A stretch of DNA of 63,674 nt, the filler included, from Choristocarpus tenellus KU-1152 (Eukaryota; Protista; Phaeophyceae): the NCBI GenBank assembly GCA_964200185.2. It is 7 parts of 7 records of this genome, joined end to end, with 100 filler letters (N's around TTAATTAATTAA, not from the genome) between each part and the next. Parts side by side here need not be neighbours in the genome. Positions count along the whole stretch, not along the records: positions 27,725 to 54,796 come from CAXNAD020000154.1; 6 more parts are not named here. One strand, 5' to 3'. Position 1 is the first letter of the stretch. The number at the start of each line of letters is the position of its first letter. Shown piece after piece: positions 38,001 to 53,000 of the stretch. The notes beneath the pieces were generated by a model, which was not told the origin of the DNA, did not search any database, and saw only the letters and a program-made list of their open reading frames with translations. Position numbers and translations under genes: made by a program.

Positions 38001-41000
38001 AAGTCAACCCTCCCTCGTTAGAAGCATCATCCTTTTTTTTAGATACTGGCATTGGACTGGGTGGACTACCTAGTTCAGATTTCTTCACACAACTGATCCA
38101 ATCTGGCAAGTCAGATGCTGGTGTATCCTGTGGCAGAAGCAACGGTCAAGTGGTGGGTGGAACGGAGGTTGAGGAGAAATTGCAACAATAGCCACTCTGT
38201 ACTGTAAACCATCATACGCTCACCATAGAAATATTATCTCGTGCCCTGTCAGTCTTTCCACGGTTGCAGATCTTAGAATTATGATGGCATTGGTGAGAAT
38301 CGGACACTATTTCATACCTAGGGCCTATATAGTTATATTCAAATGGGTTATGATAATGCTACATACTTCAAACTATTCAGAGTAGTACACACACAGACAC
38401 ACATCCATAATCACAATGCATAGTATATCCGAGGATCAAGCATCAACAATACACACAGGCAGAATGAACACTTAGCACCCATCAGAACTCAGATTGTGTT
38501 GGAAGTCGCCAGGAGGATAATGTGCTGTATCGATAGTCACTTCCTCAAGTTCACCTGCTCAGATTGTTGTTCAATGTTTACTCTGCCCACACTGGAAGAT
38601 TGAGTAGGATTTGGTGCCCAACCTGGACGCCCCCCTCCAAGGCTAAGGCGCCGGGCAGTGGCTGAACTAGGAATATTGTTGATGCCTGTCCAAGGCTTTG
38701 CAGCCCTTGGTGGGAACTCAGACCTTGATTGCGTGGATCCATTTAATGTGTTGAGCCTACGCACAATTATATAGAGCATGTGCAGGAGGATTCTTGACTA
38801 TGGCCAACATTTTCGTATAACTGTACCTAATTCAATTCAATATACGCAGTAAACGGAGATAGGTAGTGTTGCTATTCAAAATCGTTTATGAGTACAAATC
38901 TAATTAACTCAGAATTTCTTGTTGTACTCAATTATAATGAAAACATGCACACATCACACATATTGTGGCATGCGAATTGTTGCGATCCGCGAGTATATTG
39001 TACACCGCGCATTTGCGCGAAAATGAACTATCAAAAGTATCCCACCTCAATTTTCGGTTTGGATTATTCGCAATTAAATTACATTGTAGTGATTGAATCG
39101 CTTCAACACACAATTATAGAGATGAAGGATTTATCACTCTCTACTCCTATGCCTGACCTGGCAAAGATTGGTGTTGTCACACTTTCCCCCACCTGACAGC
39201 CTGTCTGTCCTGTTCTTGCTCTTGAATCTCTCCGACAGCATCAGGAGCACCAAGGTGACCTGATGCTATGACACGGGACAGCCATTCACAAGATGAGGGT
39301 TTGGTAGAAGAATTGGTAGATTCACCTACCACAGAGGAAGAACATCCTCCCATCCACATTAGAGGGGTTCCTCCGCATGCAGTACCTGTTTCTATGCACT
39401 TTGTCTTCCCATTTATCTTGACAATCTCTTCAAGACTAGTTGAAGGACTTTTGGGGGCAATTGTGCTAGACAGAGATGCAGACATGGGATTACCATCGCT
39501 GCGCTTAGGTTTACTGGCATTTGCTATCCAATCTAGTTCATTATCAGCTAAACTCGAATTTCCATTGCCAGTTAGTCCGATCTGGGCATCTTCAATCTCT
39601 TGTATCCAACCCAGTCCCTTTTGCTGAGAAACTTTGCAATCTTCCCAATGTGAGATTGTCCTGTCCCAGCCCACATCCCCATTCTTGACTTTACTGGCCA
39701 CAAGCACCCATTCCAGTCCTCCCCCCTCAGAAACCCCGTTCTCATTGCAAATATATGTCGGTATGTGCATGGGTGGATTACCCGACCCAGACCCCAACCC
39801 AGAAGCGATGCAGTCTGGCGTTTGGGACACAAGTGCCTGTAGGTGGGGAGGGTGGAGTCAGGATTGATGAAGAGTTTAGGGCCGAGCCTCCAGAGCATGA
39901 ATGATGAGCAGGATAGTTCAAATCTAATTACGATCAGCATGTACCTTTTTTATGTGGACAACACATATGGAGTCCCAATGTTTTTTCAGTAGGCCTCATA
40001 CTATTGCTGGCATTTAATATAGTACAAGGAGTACGCAAAATACTTTTCATGTCATTCCTACACACATAGACGTGCATGAATTTACAAGCAGGTTAAGCAA
40101 ATATTCAATCGCCTCAATCGACTTTCACCCCAGTTCAGCTTTGCACCACTACAGGCAACTCTGTGAGACCATGTGCACAACATCACCTTTATTTGGTTGG
40201 TTTGTGTTTCAACACCTCCTGGTTCCACCCGTGGATCTTGACTAGGCTGCGGTGCCCAAGCTGGAAGACCTCCTCCAAGGCTAGGGCAACGGGAAGATGT
40301 GAGACTAGCATTGTTTGTGGCTACCCATGACTTTGCCGCCCATGGAGGGAGCTTAATCTGTTGTGCTGTATATGCAGAAGCTGGATCGAGCCTGTATGTG
40401 GTGTGATGGGGTTATTGAGGAGGACTTGCCAAGGGCGGCATAGCAACCCTTCCCACGAACTGTTTTTCAAGCCTTACCTCAGAACATGCTCCTTTCATGG
40501 TTTGAGATACAATATTATGCAAGTGGCATAATCAAACATGCTCTCCCATCTATCTAATATTCTCAGTAGGCGGCATTAAATTCTTTTACCATCACCTGGC
40601 AGATTGGCGGTCTTGCTTTTGCTCCTGCAACTCACGGATAGCTTCAGGGGAGCCAAGATTACCTGATGCCACAGATTGAGACAACCAGCAACCCGGCAAC
40701 GGTTTAGCTGAAGGGCGGAAGTCTCCATCTTCCTGAGAGGAAGAGTAGCTCATCATCCATTCTGGATGTGTGTGCACAGGTGCTTGCTTCACCCTAGCTC
40801 GCTTAGCTGTCCTTCTGGCAGTCTCCTCCAGCCAAGTTAACTGACAATTAACAGAGCCATCTCCTTCAGCTATGTCATGACTTGCTTGGGATGCTGATGG
40901 AGCACACACGCTCCATTTCGTGCCATTTTCAGTCTCTCTTACAACTTGCTCAAGCCAAGTTGGGCCATCCTTGGTGACTGCAGTGAGTGAGGCTGTAGTG

Positions 41001-44000
41001 GTAGGAGATTAGGGCGTTGTCAGTCAGCTGATCTCACGAGAAGGAATGGAAGGGAGTGAGACATAGTCAAATAGATATTATGTTAGGTCAGCTTACACAA
41101 TGTCTTCCTTTGCCTCTGAGTAGAGGTAATTGATCAGAAGTACTCCAAGATAACAAAATAGATAATATACTTCAGTAGGAAATTGTACCTCAAAGTGCTT
41201 GGAGGAGTATGTTTATGCTTTACAAATAGCATTTGGCCAACCGCATTTGTGGTAGAAGGGCCTTGTGAGAGACCTGGTATGGTGTATGAGAGCGTGTGAA
41301 AGGGAAACTACGGGAAAGATTCAACTTCAGTATAGTTTACGACTTCCCACAGTCTAGTGCCACACTTCGTAGATGTTGTGAAGCTGACTCATGAAAGGAT
41401 ATAATAGTTCTGGGACCAAGAGTAAAGGAATGCATGGTATTCCCTCCACACTGACTCTGTGATAACCAAATTGGTGCTGGCTATCTTGGTATTGTTACTC
41501 TGGGGGGGGATATCGTATGTTTAGGACGGTTGGAGCTGGGGGCATGTTAGAGGTCATGTTGTGTTCAGTTACGTGTTTATCATTTCCATATGGTTGGTCA
41601 TGATCATCCTCAGTCATTTATTCGGCACGTGTATGCTCTTGCTGCGACTGTCTAGCCCCCTACGAGTGAAATTATCTCAGAGGGTACGAGTTTTTCCCTG
41701 TTTGTCCATTTGGGATTTGAATTCCCATGGGTCATTTTAGGACATTTTCCTACTCCAAAATGTTTAGGAGTAGGTAAAATGTGTACATTATGAAAAGTTG
41801 TGTCCAGAACATGGACATTGACACTTCCTAACAAACACGATAGCCAAAATCACATCAAAACTGTAACATTGGATTTTGGTCCCCAATTGGACGTGACTCT
41901 ACCCTCTAAGATACTTTGGCTCCTACCTGTGATGAGCTGCTCACTAGGTGGAGTGTATATCAACTTGCCAGTCATTGATGGCAAGCGAGTCGGGGCCCAC
42001 GGTGGTAGGCCACTATCAAGACTTGGTCGACTCTTTGGGGTTTTGGTCACTGAGGAGGCTGTGACTGCCTCATGGTCTGGTACCTGGAGAGTGGTATCTC
42101 CGCTCAGGCTTAAGCACTCGGCAGATGAATCTCCAGCCATAGGAACAGGGAGAGGTGAAGATCCAGAGGCATAGATTGGTGCCCAGGGAGGAAAACGGAC
42201 AATCATATCGGTTTGCCTTTGTCCAATTCTGACCTGGGTAGTGCTGGTCTTTATGACTTCCAGACCATCACCCTGAGGGATCTGCCGTCCATCTGGATCG
42301 AGTTCCTCTTCTGACGAGGTATTGGTAGCAGGAACACGGGACAGGTCAGGAGAATTTATAGTAGCCCAAGGAAGAAAGCCTCCATCAAGGCTTGGTCGCC
42401 TTTGGGGTGTTTCAGTCAGGATGGCAGGAGTGTTGGTGGACTGCACACTTGGTGCCAAATGAGGAGCACCCTCATTAAGAGAGAGAGTCGTTCCTGTGAA
42501 GTGACATGAGCCGGATATAGTTCCCTTGAGTCAATAGCAAGGACAGAGGGTGAAAAGCTACGAACCAGGCTACAGTGCATTTTTGGATATGCCAAAACAA
42601 GCTTGTAATTCTACTGGTGGGTACTTGAAAATAGTGACCAGAGTGTTCTACTTCGAGTATATTGATTAGGCACTGTCTGTTGGGCAACATTGTGCAGCAA
42701 TAGACTAAAGCAATTGCTGAGACAAGACCTATAACCACATTTGTCAGACTTCATGAATTTTACCAGAATTTTTCCAAAAGTAATATATGTATTGGAGTTT
42801 ATAACTAAGACAAGGGGCTGAACTTAGCAAGGTCATGGCATGGACATGACTGAGGCAGGGTAGTAGAGAGTAGGATGATATGGGGCAGATATAGGACGAG
42901 AGGTGTGTGAAGTCTTGCTCACAGAAGTACCTGAACATCCTGTTGCCACCGCTCTAGGTGATAATTGGGTTGCATTGCTGCCACTTGTAATTGTGCAAAT
43001 TCTTAACCTGGTACAGAAGCAATTAAAGACAAAAAATAGGGGCAAAGGGAAGTGCATGGCTATTGATACACTCGGTGAAATACGAATCTGTGGCACCACA
43101 ACCCCTATCATCGCTGTCAAGATATATATGATCCAACTGCCAGAGCAAAGCTTAGTCAAATCGATCTCAACGTGATCCAAGTACAATATTTCTGTACTGC
43201 AGAAACAATGATAATGCTAACCTCATGTGAACATTACTGATAAAACACAGATTTGTGTTAAGTACAATGCATAAGTTTATGAGTGGACACCAACACATTT
43301 ATGGAGTCCTGAGACTTTATGTAAACTTCAAACACTTCCATCCACTCTGAGAGCCAAACCAATTGAGAGGTAGGCAGGTTTGAACCCTTTTGCATTCCAA
43401 GTCGTCTTTCTAATTCTGTGCAATAAACTCTATCTCATTCTCATTGCTTTATGTGGACATATTGCATACAAATTTATATTCCCCCTTTCTGCAAACAGAG
43501 TGACACCACCATTCAGCAAAGCTCATTCTGCACGTGTACAAAATGTCATATTTTTTCCCTTTGTCAGGATCCTCAAAATGCAACCCTGCCAACTTCTCAG
43601 TTGGTTTGGCTCTGACTACTTTCAACAAAGGCACTCATCAACTGTACAGAGTCATGTCTCCAATCTCTACAGTGAAGTGCACTTGATGACTACTTGTGAT
43701 TGAGATGCCTTGTCACGATATGAACTTTACAAATAGTCACCAGTAGCTCTTTGGCTCCTCAGGCTATGTCATACAGCAGTGGCAAAACCTTATCATTGAG
43801 AATGAACAAAGAGAATCAAGGTTGCCAAGTTGATAATGCTTCATCCCGATTTTTTCCCCTCAAACAACAGTGGTCTCTATATAGGAAAATAAAACTTGTC
43901 ACCACGATAAGCTCCAGTAGGACAGATGCTGATATTGTTGTGCTTTGCATGACTCTACAAGGCTTAAGTACTGGGTGTCACATCTTCTACAGAGAAAAGA

Positions 44001-47000
44001 CATTCTGTATGTATTGCCCAAGAAACGATTTACAAGATAGCTTTGGGGCAAAATTTTGACATGAAAACACGATTCTTTCCTCGCCACAGTTGTCCAGCCA
44101 GCCATAGAAAGTATGAACTCCAGTGCTTGTCTGAGTGTTGAGCTTTAGGCTCTAGTTTTTTTCTACTGAACTGCACTTGATCTCAAGTGCGGTGATACAC
44201 GTGGCCACCCATCGTTTCTTGCAATGCAATCGGGTTTATTGAAATTCTCACCTTGGTGCAGAACAAAAACGCTACATGGCAGTTTGTGTTTAGTACAATG
44301 CAGATGTCGCTCTCCAAGGACAGCTATGAGTTGCAGCCCAAGAAAATTAGAAGGGTACTACAAAAAATTCCAAGACGAAAATATGAGATGAACAACTGGA
44401 TGCCCTGCCAAGCAGGGACACATTGCTACTTCACCCAAGAGTTTGATCTCAATATTGGTGATGAAGCAATATTTCAACGTTTTTGCAGGAGAAGAATGGT
44501 AATGTTTTCATATTTTAGTTCTCATCCAGTAGAAAACAACAATGTGTGGAACCCTATGTAGAGCGCAATAGTTGTCTCTACATTTGTTTCTCTCAATTGA
44601 TATGATACTGTGTATGAAAGTAAGCTTCGTCACTGTTGGGTCTAAAACACATGAAGGACTTAAACCGCAGAGAACAATATCTTGTACCAGTACCACATAC
44701 CCATTCACGATGTGTCTGTACAGTCATTGTCTCTGTCCAAGGCCATGATCCAGTACCAGGTTTGTACTAAACTCAATGGACCCAGGGAGGTTCCAGTATG
44801 CAAAGCCGATCCCAACATACCATGTTCTCTATAGTGCAGACTGCCTACATGCAATACTCTGTCAAGTGATATTTGCCAACAGGAGATGCAACGACTGAGC
44901 TCACAGCAGTCCACAGGGAGGGCAGAGGCTTGAGTCCGTCATTGACTAAGGAAGTTCCTTCCCATGAGCCACTGTACTCTTGTTTTGGTCCTTCCCTCAA
45001 AGAAAATTCCTTAGGCAACAACATTGATCTGCAGGCAGCTATGGCATTTGCCTTGTTTGGCAAGTGAAGGTGCTACTAACAGATCCAGGTTCCATTCATT
45101 GATTTGTACTCCATCACACATCCCTGGTGACCATAGATATCCGAAAGTCTTAATAGCGTTTGTTGTAGGCTCTGACCAGCTGTAAAAAAAATAGCTTGCA
45201 GAGTTTGAATGAACGAATTCATCAATACATTATACCAATACAGAATGTATCTGCATGGAACACACACACTCAAGAATGCTAAGGTATCAAGGGGGGAATA
45301 TATCGGAAATACAATTGAGGAAGGCTCCACTTGCATTATTCATCGATCTCATTATACAATATTGCTGCCATTGGATGCTAAACTTGTGTTCAAGACTTTC
45401 ACATCCTTGGTGCTGGCCGCCCCTACTATGATCATAACCTACGGTACCTCAGTCAATGTCCCCCTGCTGCAGCCTCTGAGAGATGCTGAGTAAAAATAAT
45501 GTGAAACACGTGAGTCTGTGCTCACAAGGAAGAATATAGTGTCAGAACGAATATGCAGATCTCTACAGTTACTCCAAAAAGGAGCCAGGTGCCTCAAACT
45601 GGAGCATTTCCTATTCAACATGATATTGTGTACTCTATCTAGACAACTTGGAGCATAAGCACGTCCTACAGGAAATTTGGGCCCCTCACACTCAAAGTAA
45701 AAAATCTTGTACTGACTTCATACCAAAAAACTTCAACGTGTAGGAATCAGCATTGGCATTGTTCTGCATGTGGGGATATGTAAGCATCATCATGTTAGGT
45801 CCAAAAGAACGACAATCAATAGATGATATCCTGCTTATCTCATCTCCTCAGTCCTCCCACCCCACAACTGAGATTCTACAGGGTGGCAGCAGTAGCGATC
45901 ACTTATCTGGACAGCACAAACGTTCAACTACACCTTTGCCTCATCTGATCCCTAAACATCTCTCCACAGAGCTCTATCCCCTTCCTTACCCCATGGGCTC
46001 CACATTCACCTGAGATGAGAAGGGGTGGACCAGGGTTCCTCTAGAACGCATTCCTTGGAGAGAGTCGAACCAAACATCCATGAAGCTGTTGCTTGTTCCT
46101 GGAGACCCCCACCATGGGATGGGCCTTTGCTCTGCACCTGTGAGACTAGATGCACGTCACTCTGCTTGTCATCCAGTGATGATAGGCTCATCTTTTTCTT
46201 CCTCAACAAAGGGGTGGAAGCTGCAGCAAGGCATGGGATTTCCATCATGCCCGCAGCCTTGAGAGTTTGATCCTGATCTGGTCCTCTTCTCTTCCCAGAC
46301 TCCGCAGCTGCTTTGTGGAGCCAATCATGCCCACCTGGGTTGTGAAGGAGAAGGGCATTATGACTGATGGAATTATATGATGAGCATGTGAGTGAAAGTA
46401 TCTTAGAGGGTACGAATTTTGCCCTATTTTTCCATTTGGGGCTTGACTTCCCACGGTTTTTTATGGCATTTTCCTACTCTGAAATGTTTTGAAGTAGGCA
46501 AAATGTATACGTTATGAAAAGGTGTGTCTGGAACAAGGATATTGACACTTCCTAGCAAACACAATAGCCAAAATTACTTCAAAATCGCAACATTGGATTT
46601 TGGTCCCCAAAACGTACGCGGCTCTACCCTCTAAGATACTTTGACTCTGTGCTTCGAGTATACCAGGACATCACCTGATAATGAAGTAAACGACTTAAAT
46701 GAAAAAAGGGAAAACATAGAATATCTAGAATATTTTGCAGCTAATAGTGGGAAACATCACTTCAGGGACTAGAAACAGAGGTGGAGTATCGACATATAAT
46801 GGTCTATTCTCCAAAAACTGGACTCAAGCAAAGCTACTGCAGTATCCTTGAAGACGGACTGTAATTTCAGCCCAGGAGATATCCCAAGACAGTTATTCCA
46901 AGAGTGAGTACAAGAAGAGAACATTTTCCAAGTAGATGAGTTTGTACGTACTTGATGGATGGATCTTTGCCAGACTAAGAAGTGAGATAGGTAGAATGTG

Positions 47001-50000
47001 ACTGAATATTACTGAGGATTGCATTGGTTCATACCACTATAGAGTTTCTACACAAAAACGAATAGGCAGTATGAAGCCCTTGCCCTGGAGAGAGGTGTCA
47101 GGAATATTCAATTCCAAATACGCTTTGCAATCAATATATGAAATTTTGTGATGCACTATATGTTGTGCAGAAGCATCCCCATACAACATTTGGGAGGATA
47201 TCACCTTGCACATGCCCATGTGCGTACCCCCTACTCTAGCTGCGCCGAGGAGCACTCTGTTCTTCTTAGCACTGCAATTATCTGACAACCCGAAATGTTA
47301 GAAATCAATCATGTTGACCTGATGTAGTACTGAACTCCTTGCAACAATGGTGTCTAGTTCAAGATGGATTTTCTGTTTGCGTAACGTACTAAGAATTTCT
47401 GCAAAGCTGTTGCTATCAGCATAATTGTGACAGTTGGCTTTTGGCCCTTCACCACTGTAATTGTTGGAGGTATGTATGATAAATGTTCAACCACATTTCA
47501 GTTAAGGAAATCAAAATGGGATATAAACTATTTTTGTCTAGTGGACAAGTTTTTTCCTGGTATTTGTTACAAGTATGGAGACAAGGAGACCTCAACAGGG
47601 TCAACAACCTGGAGAATGACTCCCAACAGAATAACTCTTCACGTCTCATAAATTTCAAACTTCTTAGGGTAAGGGAAGGTTAAGGGTTAGAGTTGACGTT
47701 AGGGTTAACAAGAGGGGTAGGGGCATGGATAAGTGTTGGATAAAATGAATGAATTTGTGTTCTTTTTTCTCTTCACAACAAGGATAAGAAATAGATACAA
47801 AGAAATTGGGAGTATTGCTCATGTCACTGATGCAACAGCTTATTGTCCATCTATACCCAGTGCAGATAGGTTTCTCTATGTGTGGTATGTCACTGGACTG
47901 AAACTGGGATTTGAACTCCTTCCTGTTGTATGTAGAACTCAAAGAATGGAAAAAAAAATAGCATACTTCTGCTTGCATTGACTTGCCTATATTTTCTTGC
48001 CTAGGGAAAAGCACAAATATCTAGTCATAGTGAGCACCTGTATCACGAAGAAAGATTGATCAGGACCTTTTGAGTATAAGGAGAAATAAAGTTTTCTGTG
48101 TGGCTCAAAGTATCTCGGGGGGAGGGGGGGTGGCGGCTGTCCATTTGGGATCAATTTTTTCATATCGTGATTTTTGGGTGATTTGATTCGATAGGTTGGA
48201 TGGATAATGTAAATGCACTTTTCCTGATTTTAGTCAAATGGACACCCTGATGTAGACCCCCCCCCTTCCCCAGATATTTTGGGTCTGTGGTACCCCAATT
48301 CCCCTGCCCGAAATGCAGCTAACCTACATCATTATGTTGTGACTGTAGAAGAGGAGACAATAGGTCGTCCACCAAAGCAAGGATTTGACCCTCCACAGTG
48401 TTAGGAGTGTATGTACCAGAAGGAAGTTCCAGGGGCCCCTTATACTCAGTGGCCCCCCTCAAGGAAATTACAGCTCAGTACCAGCAAATACACTCCTTGT
48501 GGATCCTCAAGTTGATAGCATTACATACCACTCAACTTGTACATTGGGCATGTATGATGTATTGATGCGATTTGTTGTCAACGCAGAGTTCATATAACCA
48601 GACACAGCTATAATCCGTGCACATCGTCTATATTGGTGCTCATACCAACAGGCAGTTCTTTTACTGTAGAAGTGTTTCAATCATGGGTAATCTCATTCGT
48701 GCTATATAATACATGCTTAGGAATTAACCAGGTGGAACAAGAGGTCTACATCACATGCACTCAGTAGTTCATAGTATCTTGTAGTGCAGATTATGTGTAC
48801 CATATGTATCGCAGCTTGCTCCTCTGTGTACGCAAGAAAACTAATATCCTTAAATAGAGAGCATTCGCATATTCTAGATTTTCATGATTCTAAAGATAGG
48901 AAGGAACGTAGGCCTATGCAAACGATGTATTCGATCATATTAATCTCAAATACAAAATGTATCACTAATACACAGTACTCGAAGCATGATGGAGATTGTG
49001 GTATGCCTCTACTCACAGCAAGAAGTTCTGAGCCAAAGTCTTTACTAGCACTTCACAATTTATTAGGAAATACAATCTGGTGTCTACGGATCCAATTACC
49101 CCAACCAGTAGACTACCTCACCTTGGATACTGTTAATCGTGGGTCCAACTTCTGTCCGAGATGCAACCTGATTAACCCAGTCAAGACTCGTTACTTCCAT
49201 GGCACATTTCCCTTTATAGATCCCATCTCTTCCTCTATGGATGCTGCTCGCTGCAAAATTTGTCCCTGAGGCTAGAGATGATGCAGTGGCATCATTCTCC
49301 CTCCCATCCACAGTTGCAAGTCCCAATGCAGATGTGGATTCAGGCTGTGGGGTGGATGTGGGAATGGTCGAGAAGGCTGGCATCGGGACTGGAACAGAAC
49401 ACGTTTTAGCCCATGGTGGGAGCCGAGGCTTGGATGACGTTGCGGCATCAGGAGCAATACTTCCATCCCCAGTTTGTGTGCTCGCTGTTGCCGTCCTGGT
49501 CCCTGATTTTGAGCAAGAATCAGGTGCATCATCATCATCACTACCCTCTTCACCTGATGATACCCCAAGGCGGCCAGATGTTACTGCTGCTGCCATCCAT
49601 CCTCCTGGACTAGCTACCTTATCCCCTGCTCTTTCGTTCCCCATTCCGTATGGTGTGATCCGACCATCATCAGTATCTCTCCCGTATTGACAAGCAGTAC
49701 CCACAAGAACTTTATCAAATTTTGTGTTAACAGGGGCAACGAATCTCCCTGCAGTCAGCTGCCCACCAGATAAGGCCAGTAATTGAGATATCTCACCAAC
49801 CTTCACCCCCATGCAGAAACAGCAGCAGCAGCTCTTACTAACAGTGCAATTTTCATTTCCACTGGGCACTGTCGTATCCTCCATATTTCCAGAGGCAGAT
49901 CTTACACCTGTCACTAGCTGGTCTCTTGTGTCTCTTCCACCTCCTGCAGTACCCATGCCTGACAATTCAAATGGGAAGGAATGTGTCATTGGTGTATCAG

Positions 50001-53000
50001 CATTTGACATAATGTTTATGTCCTAAGAAGTGGTGATAGTAATGCAACCTCAAGGGGAAAAGACAATGGTAATAGTAGTAAAATCCAGGGTAGCACATTG
50101 GAAAACCTCTGAGGGCTTAGAGACACACCAGGGGCTCCAGTACATGAGTGTTGGAGACTCTTGAGTTCTTCATCCCTGCCTCCAGAATCCTTTGGAGATA
50201 TTTCACTGTACATAGGAATGGAAGCTTCCTGCCTCTTGAACTGTTGAACCAACATGGTCGGAAAGAACAGCGAGGTGAGCGATGTGGATTTTGGAGATAT
50301 CCATGTGCACGTTGAGTGGGAATCATTCAGTCTCACATGTAACCTCTACCAACACTTCCAAACAATGAACTGTCCTTCTGTAACTGCATTGAACACAAGA
50401 TCTTCATCAAAGCTAAATAACCGCACAGCAATGTTTCACATATGAAACAAATAGAAGCACAGAGTTAATCACTGTTCTTTGCTATCTGGTGGTAAGGCTT
50501 GTTTACTATTGTGTTATCTTCAATTGATCATATGAGTAACTTTCTATGTAGTCTGCAAAAGCCAAAATAGACCCCTCACCCCCTTTTCAGAAGCTGCTAA
50601 TGCCAACCAATCTGGAACGACCACAGCCCCTGCAGGTTTTTCTCCCTCCAGTCCAGAACCAACAGTCGTCACTTCTGAAGATAACCCCTTCCCTAAACCT
50701 GAGCTACTAATGCCCTCAGCCGTGTCTGTGGCAGCAGTTGATAGTGTTAGATCTGCAGAGGGTGGGGTTAGATCTGTTGGCTCTGACTTCGGTGCCCAAG
50801 GTGGTAGTCCTTTGTTTAGCTCACTCTCTTGCTGCATGGTTTCCTGTTTGATCCCCAGCGTGGGTGTAGCTTTGCAATGGCCATCCTTGACAGGTTGCTC
50901 CTTGGCCCAAACAGGCAAACCTCCAGAGAAGGAAGATCTATTGGATGTAGATTGTGTGGGTACAGGTGTGAGAGGCAATGGATCTGGCATATTTCCCATG
51001 TCTTCATCCTCACAGGGAGACCCAAGAGTGCCTGTGGCTACAGCCTGTGCAAGCCATCCACCAGGTGCCTTGATCTGATTATTGTTCATTTTCTCTATTG
51101 GGGCATCTGGTGCAGTAGAAGTGAAAGGGCCGGATAAAAATTGGGGGAGGTCATCTGTGAGGTGGAGGGAGAGTGAGAAGGGAAAGATGTGGAAAATAAT
51201 TTGGAAAAAAGAGGATTGCACACATAGTTTCTTGCTGCAGTAAGGTACTGAGAGAGAAGTGGAAAGAAAATCAACGATCTTTTGAGTTCCTGCAAAACCA
51301 ACAGATGGATAATGTCGATGTTCTTGAAAGTACTTTATCCTGAGACAACCCCAGATACTGGGGAGATCGTTCCCAAGGAGATAGCTCGCGTGTACCACCA
51401 ATATCCACACAATCACCTGTTGCACCCTCCTCCTCTCTTTCTCCATCCTCGACATCTGGTGGAGCTCCAAACTTTCCAGATGCTATGCATTGGGTCAGCC
51501 ACCCTCCTGGAACTACTGGTCGCGGTGGTTTCACTGTTGAAGATTTCTTAATAGTTGGCTGCTTCATACATACGCCAGCCAGAGATAGCCAATCCCTGTA
51601 AGTTGTCCCACCTGATCGCAGGCCAGTTGGAGAGACTCGGTGAGTGAAATTCTATTATTGAGCTGAAGAGTATTGCAGACGAGGAGACCAGCAAGGGAGT
51701 GGACCCCATCGACAGTTGACAACAGCGCAGTTGGGGTGGGCCAATGTGTTACCTGTCCAAACTTAGAGCAAGAGCTTTCAATTAAAAAAAGGGACATTGT
51801 GAGTACTAGTGAGTACTAGAATCGACTACTGAACACGAAAACACCACTGTAAATCATGATATAGTTTAGATATTCTGGCACCATGATACTATAGCCATCA
51901 GGCATTACGAACTCCTTTCACCTACGATGACTTGCAGATTGATATCACTGCTACTAGTGAACTGAATCATGAACAGAATAACGTCACCACTTGTAGTGCA
52001 AAATATACTCATTATATCTGACTTCAAATTGTCATCAGTTCTACTGCTTCAAACTATCAATTGTGCAACAATAGTACTTTAATCGTTGAGGTTTAATGTG
52101 ATGAGTCCAACACCTATTGCCAGTATTGCCGTCGTAGGTCAGTATCCCGAAGGAACAGGGGCACTACTAGTTTATCATGCAAAAAATAGTTTGCATAGGG
52201 TAATATGGTTAATGGAGTGGTATGCATCGAATGCAGGGAATGATAAATGGAGCAGAGCATTTGGCCAGGAAACTGCAGTGGAATGGACCTGTGGGTTACA
52301 ATTATCAGTTCCACACTCCAAACCCCTTAACAAGAAATGATTCTGAAGCCTTGTATGAGACCATTCACTGTGAGGGATTCCTGGTGAGAACTCTTAGAAG
52401 GGAAGGATAGTGGACTGGAAATCCCTTTGGAAGTTGGCAAGAGGGACTATTATCCACCATCTCTTAACTTACTAGCAGCACGAAAATATATCAAGAAGGG
52501 ATATCAAAATAGAAAATATATCAAGAAGGGATATCAAGAGATGGAAATGAAAGAAGATGAAATTTCTCTTTTCGCACAGGTTTGGTACATGCCCCATACC
52601 CCCCTCAGACATCTATCAGGGTCTATATTGGTTACCACTGATTTCTGACACCAGCTCCTTGTTCTCAGATACTGCTCGCTTCACCCAGTCAAGACCTCCC
52701 ATTCCCCCTGCTGGCTTCGTTTGGGCTGTCCCTTCACTGACCATCTGACCATCCTCAGCAGTGCTACCCCTTTCAAAGGCTGTTATCCAGTCCGGACTAG
52801 ACACGGCGGTTATAGCTTCAGGTGTTTGTACGGGGCTCAATTCGGGCTCTGGAGCTATTGCAGGGACCGGGCAAGGGTCTTGGTTTGGAACTGGGTCTGG
52901 GACTGGGTCAGCAGCAGGGATGGACCACAGCTTCGCCCATGGAGGAAACCTGGGCTTGGATGCTACTGAAGGAGTAGGTGTATCCTGTCTGTCCTCAGTC

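Noticed and set aside
41660-41926. Introner-like excision of MITE copy 7 using the duplicated GTAG
   Set aside because: Splicing to the second AG gives a TAG two codons later; the downstream sequence is intronic.
33562-51752. Stop-codon reassignment (TAA/TAG read as Gln) to explain in-frame stops
   Set aside because: Thousands of codons in the clean exons and eIF2B use CAA/CAG with no TAR, and TGA stops also occur. Mutational decay is simpler.
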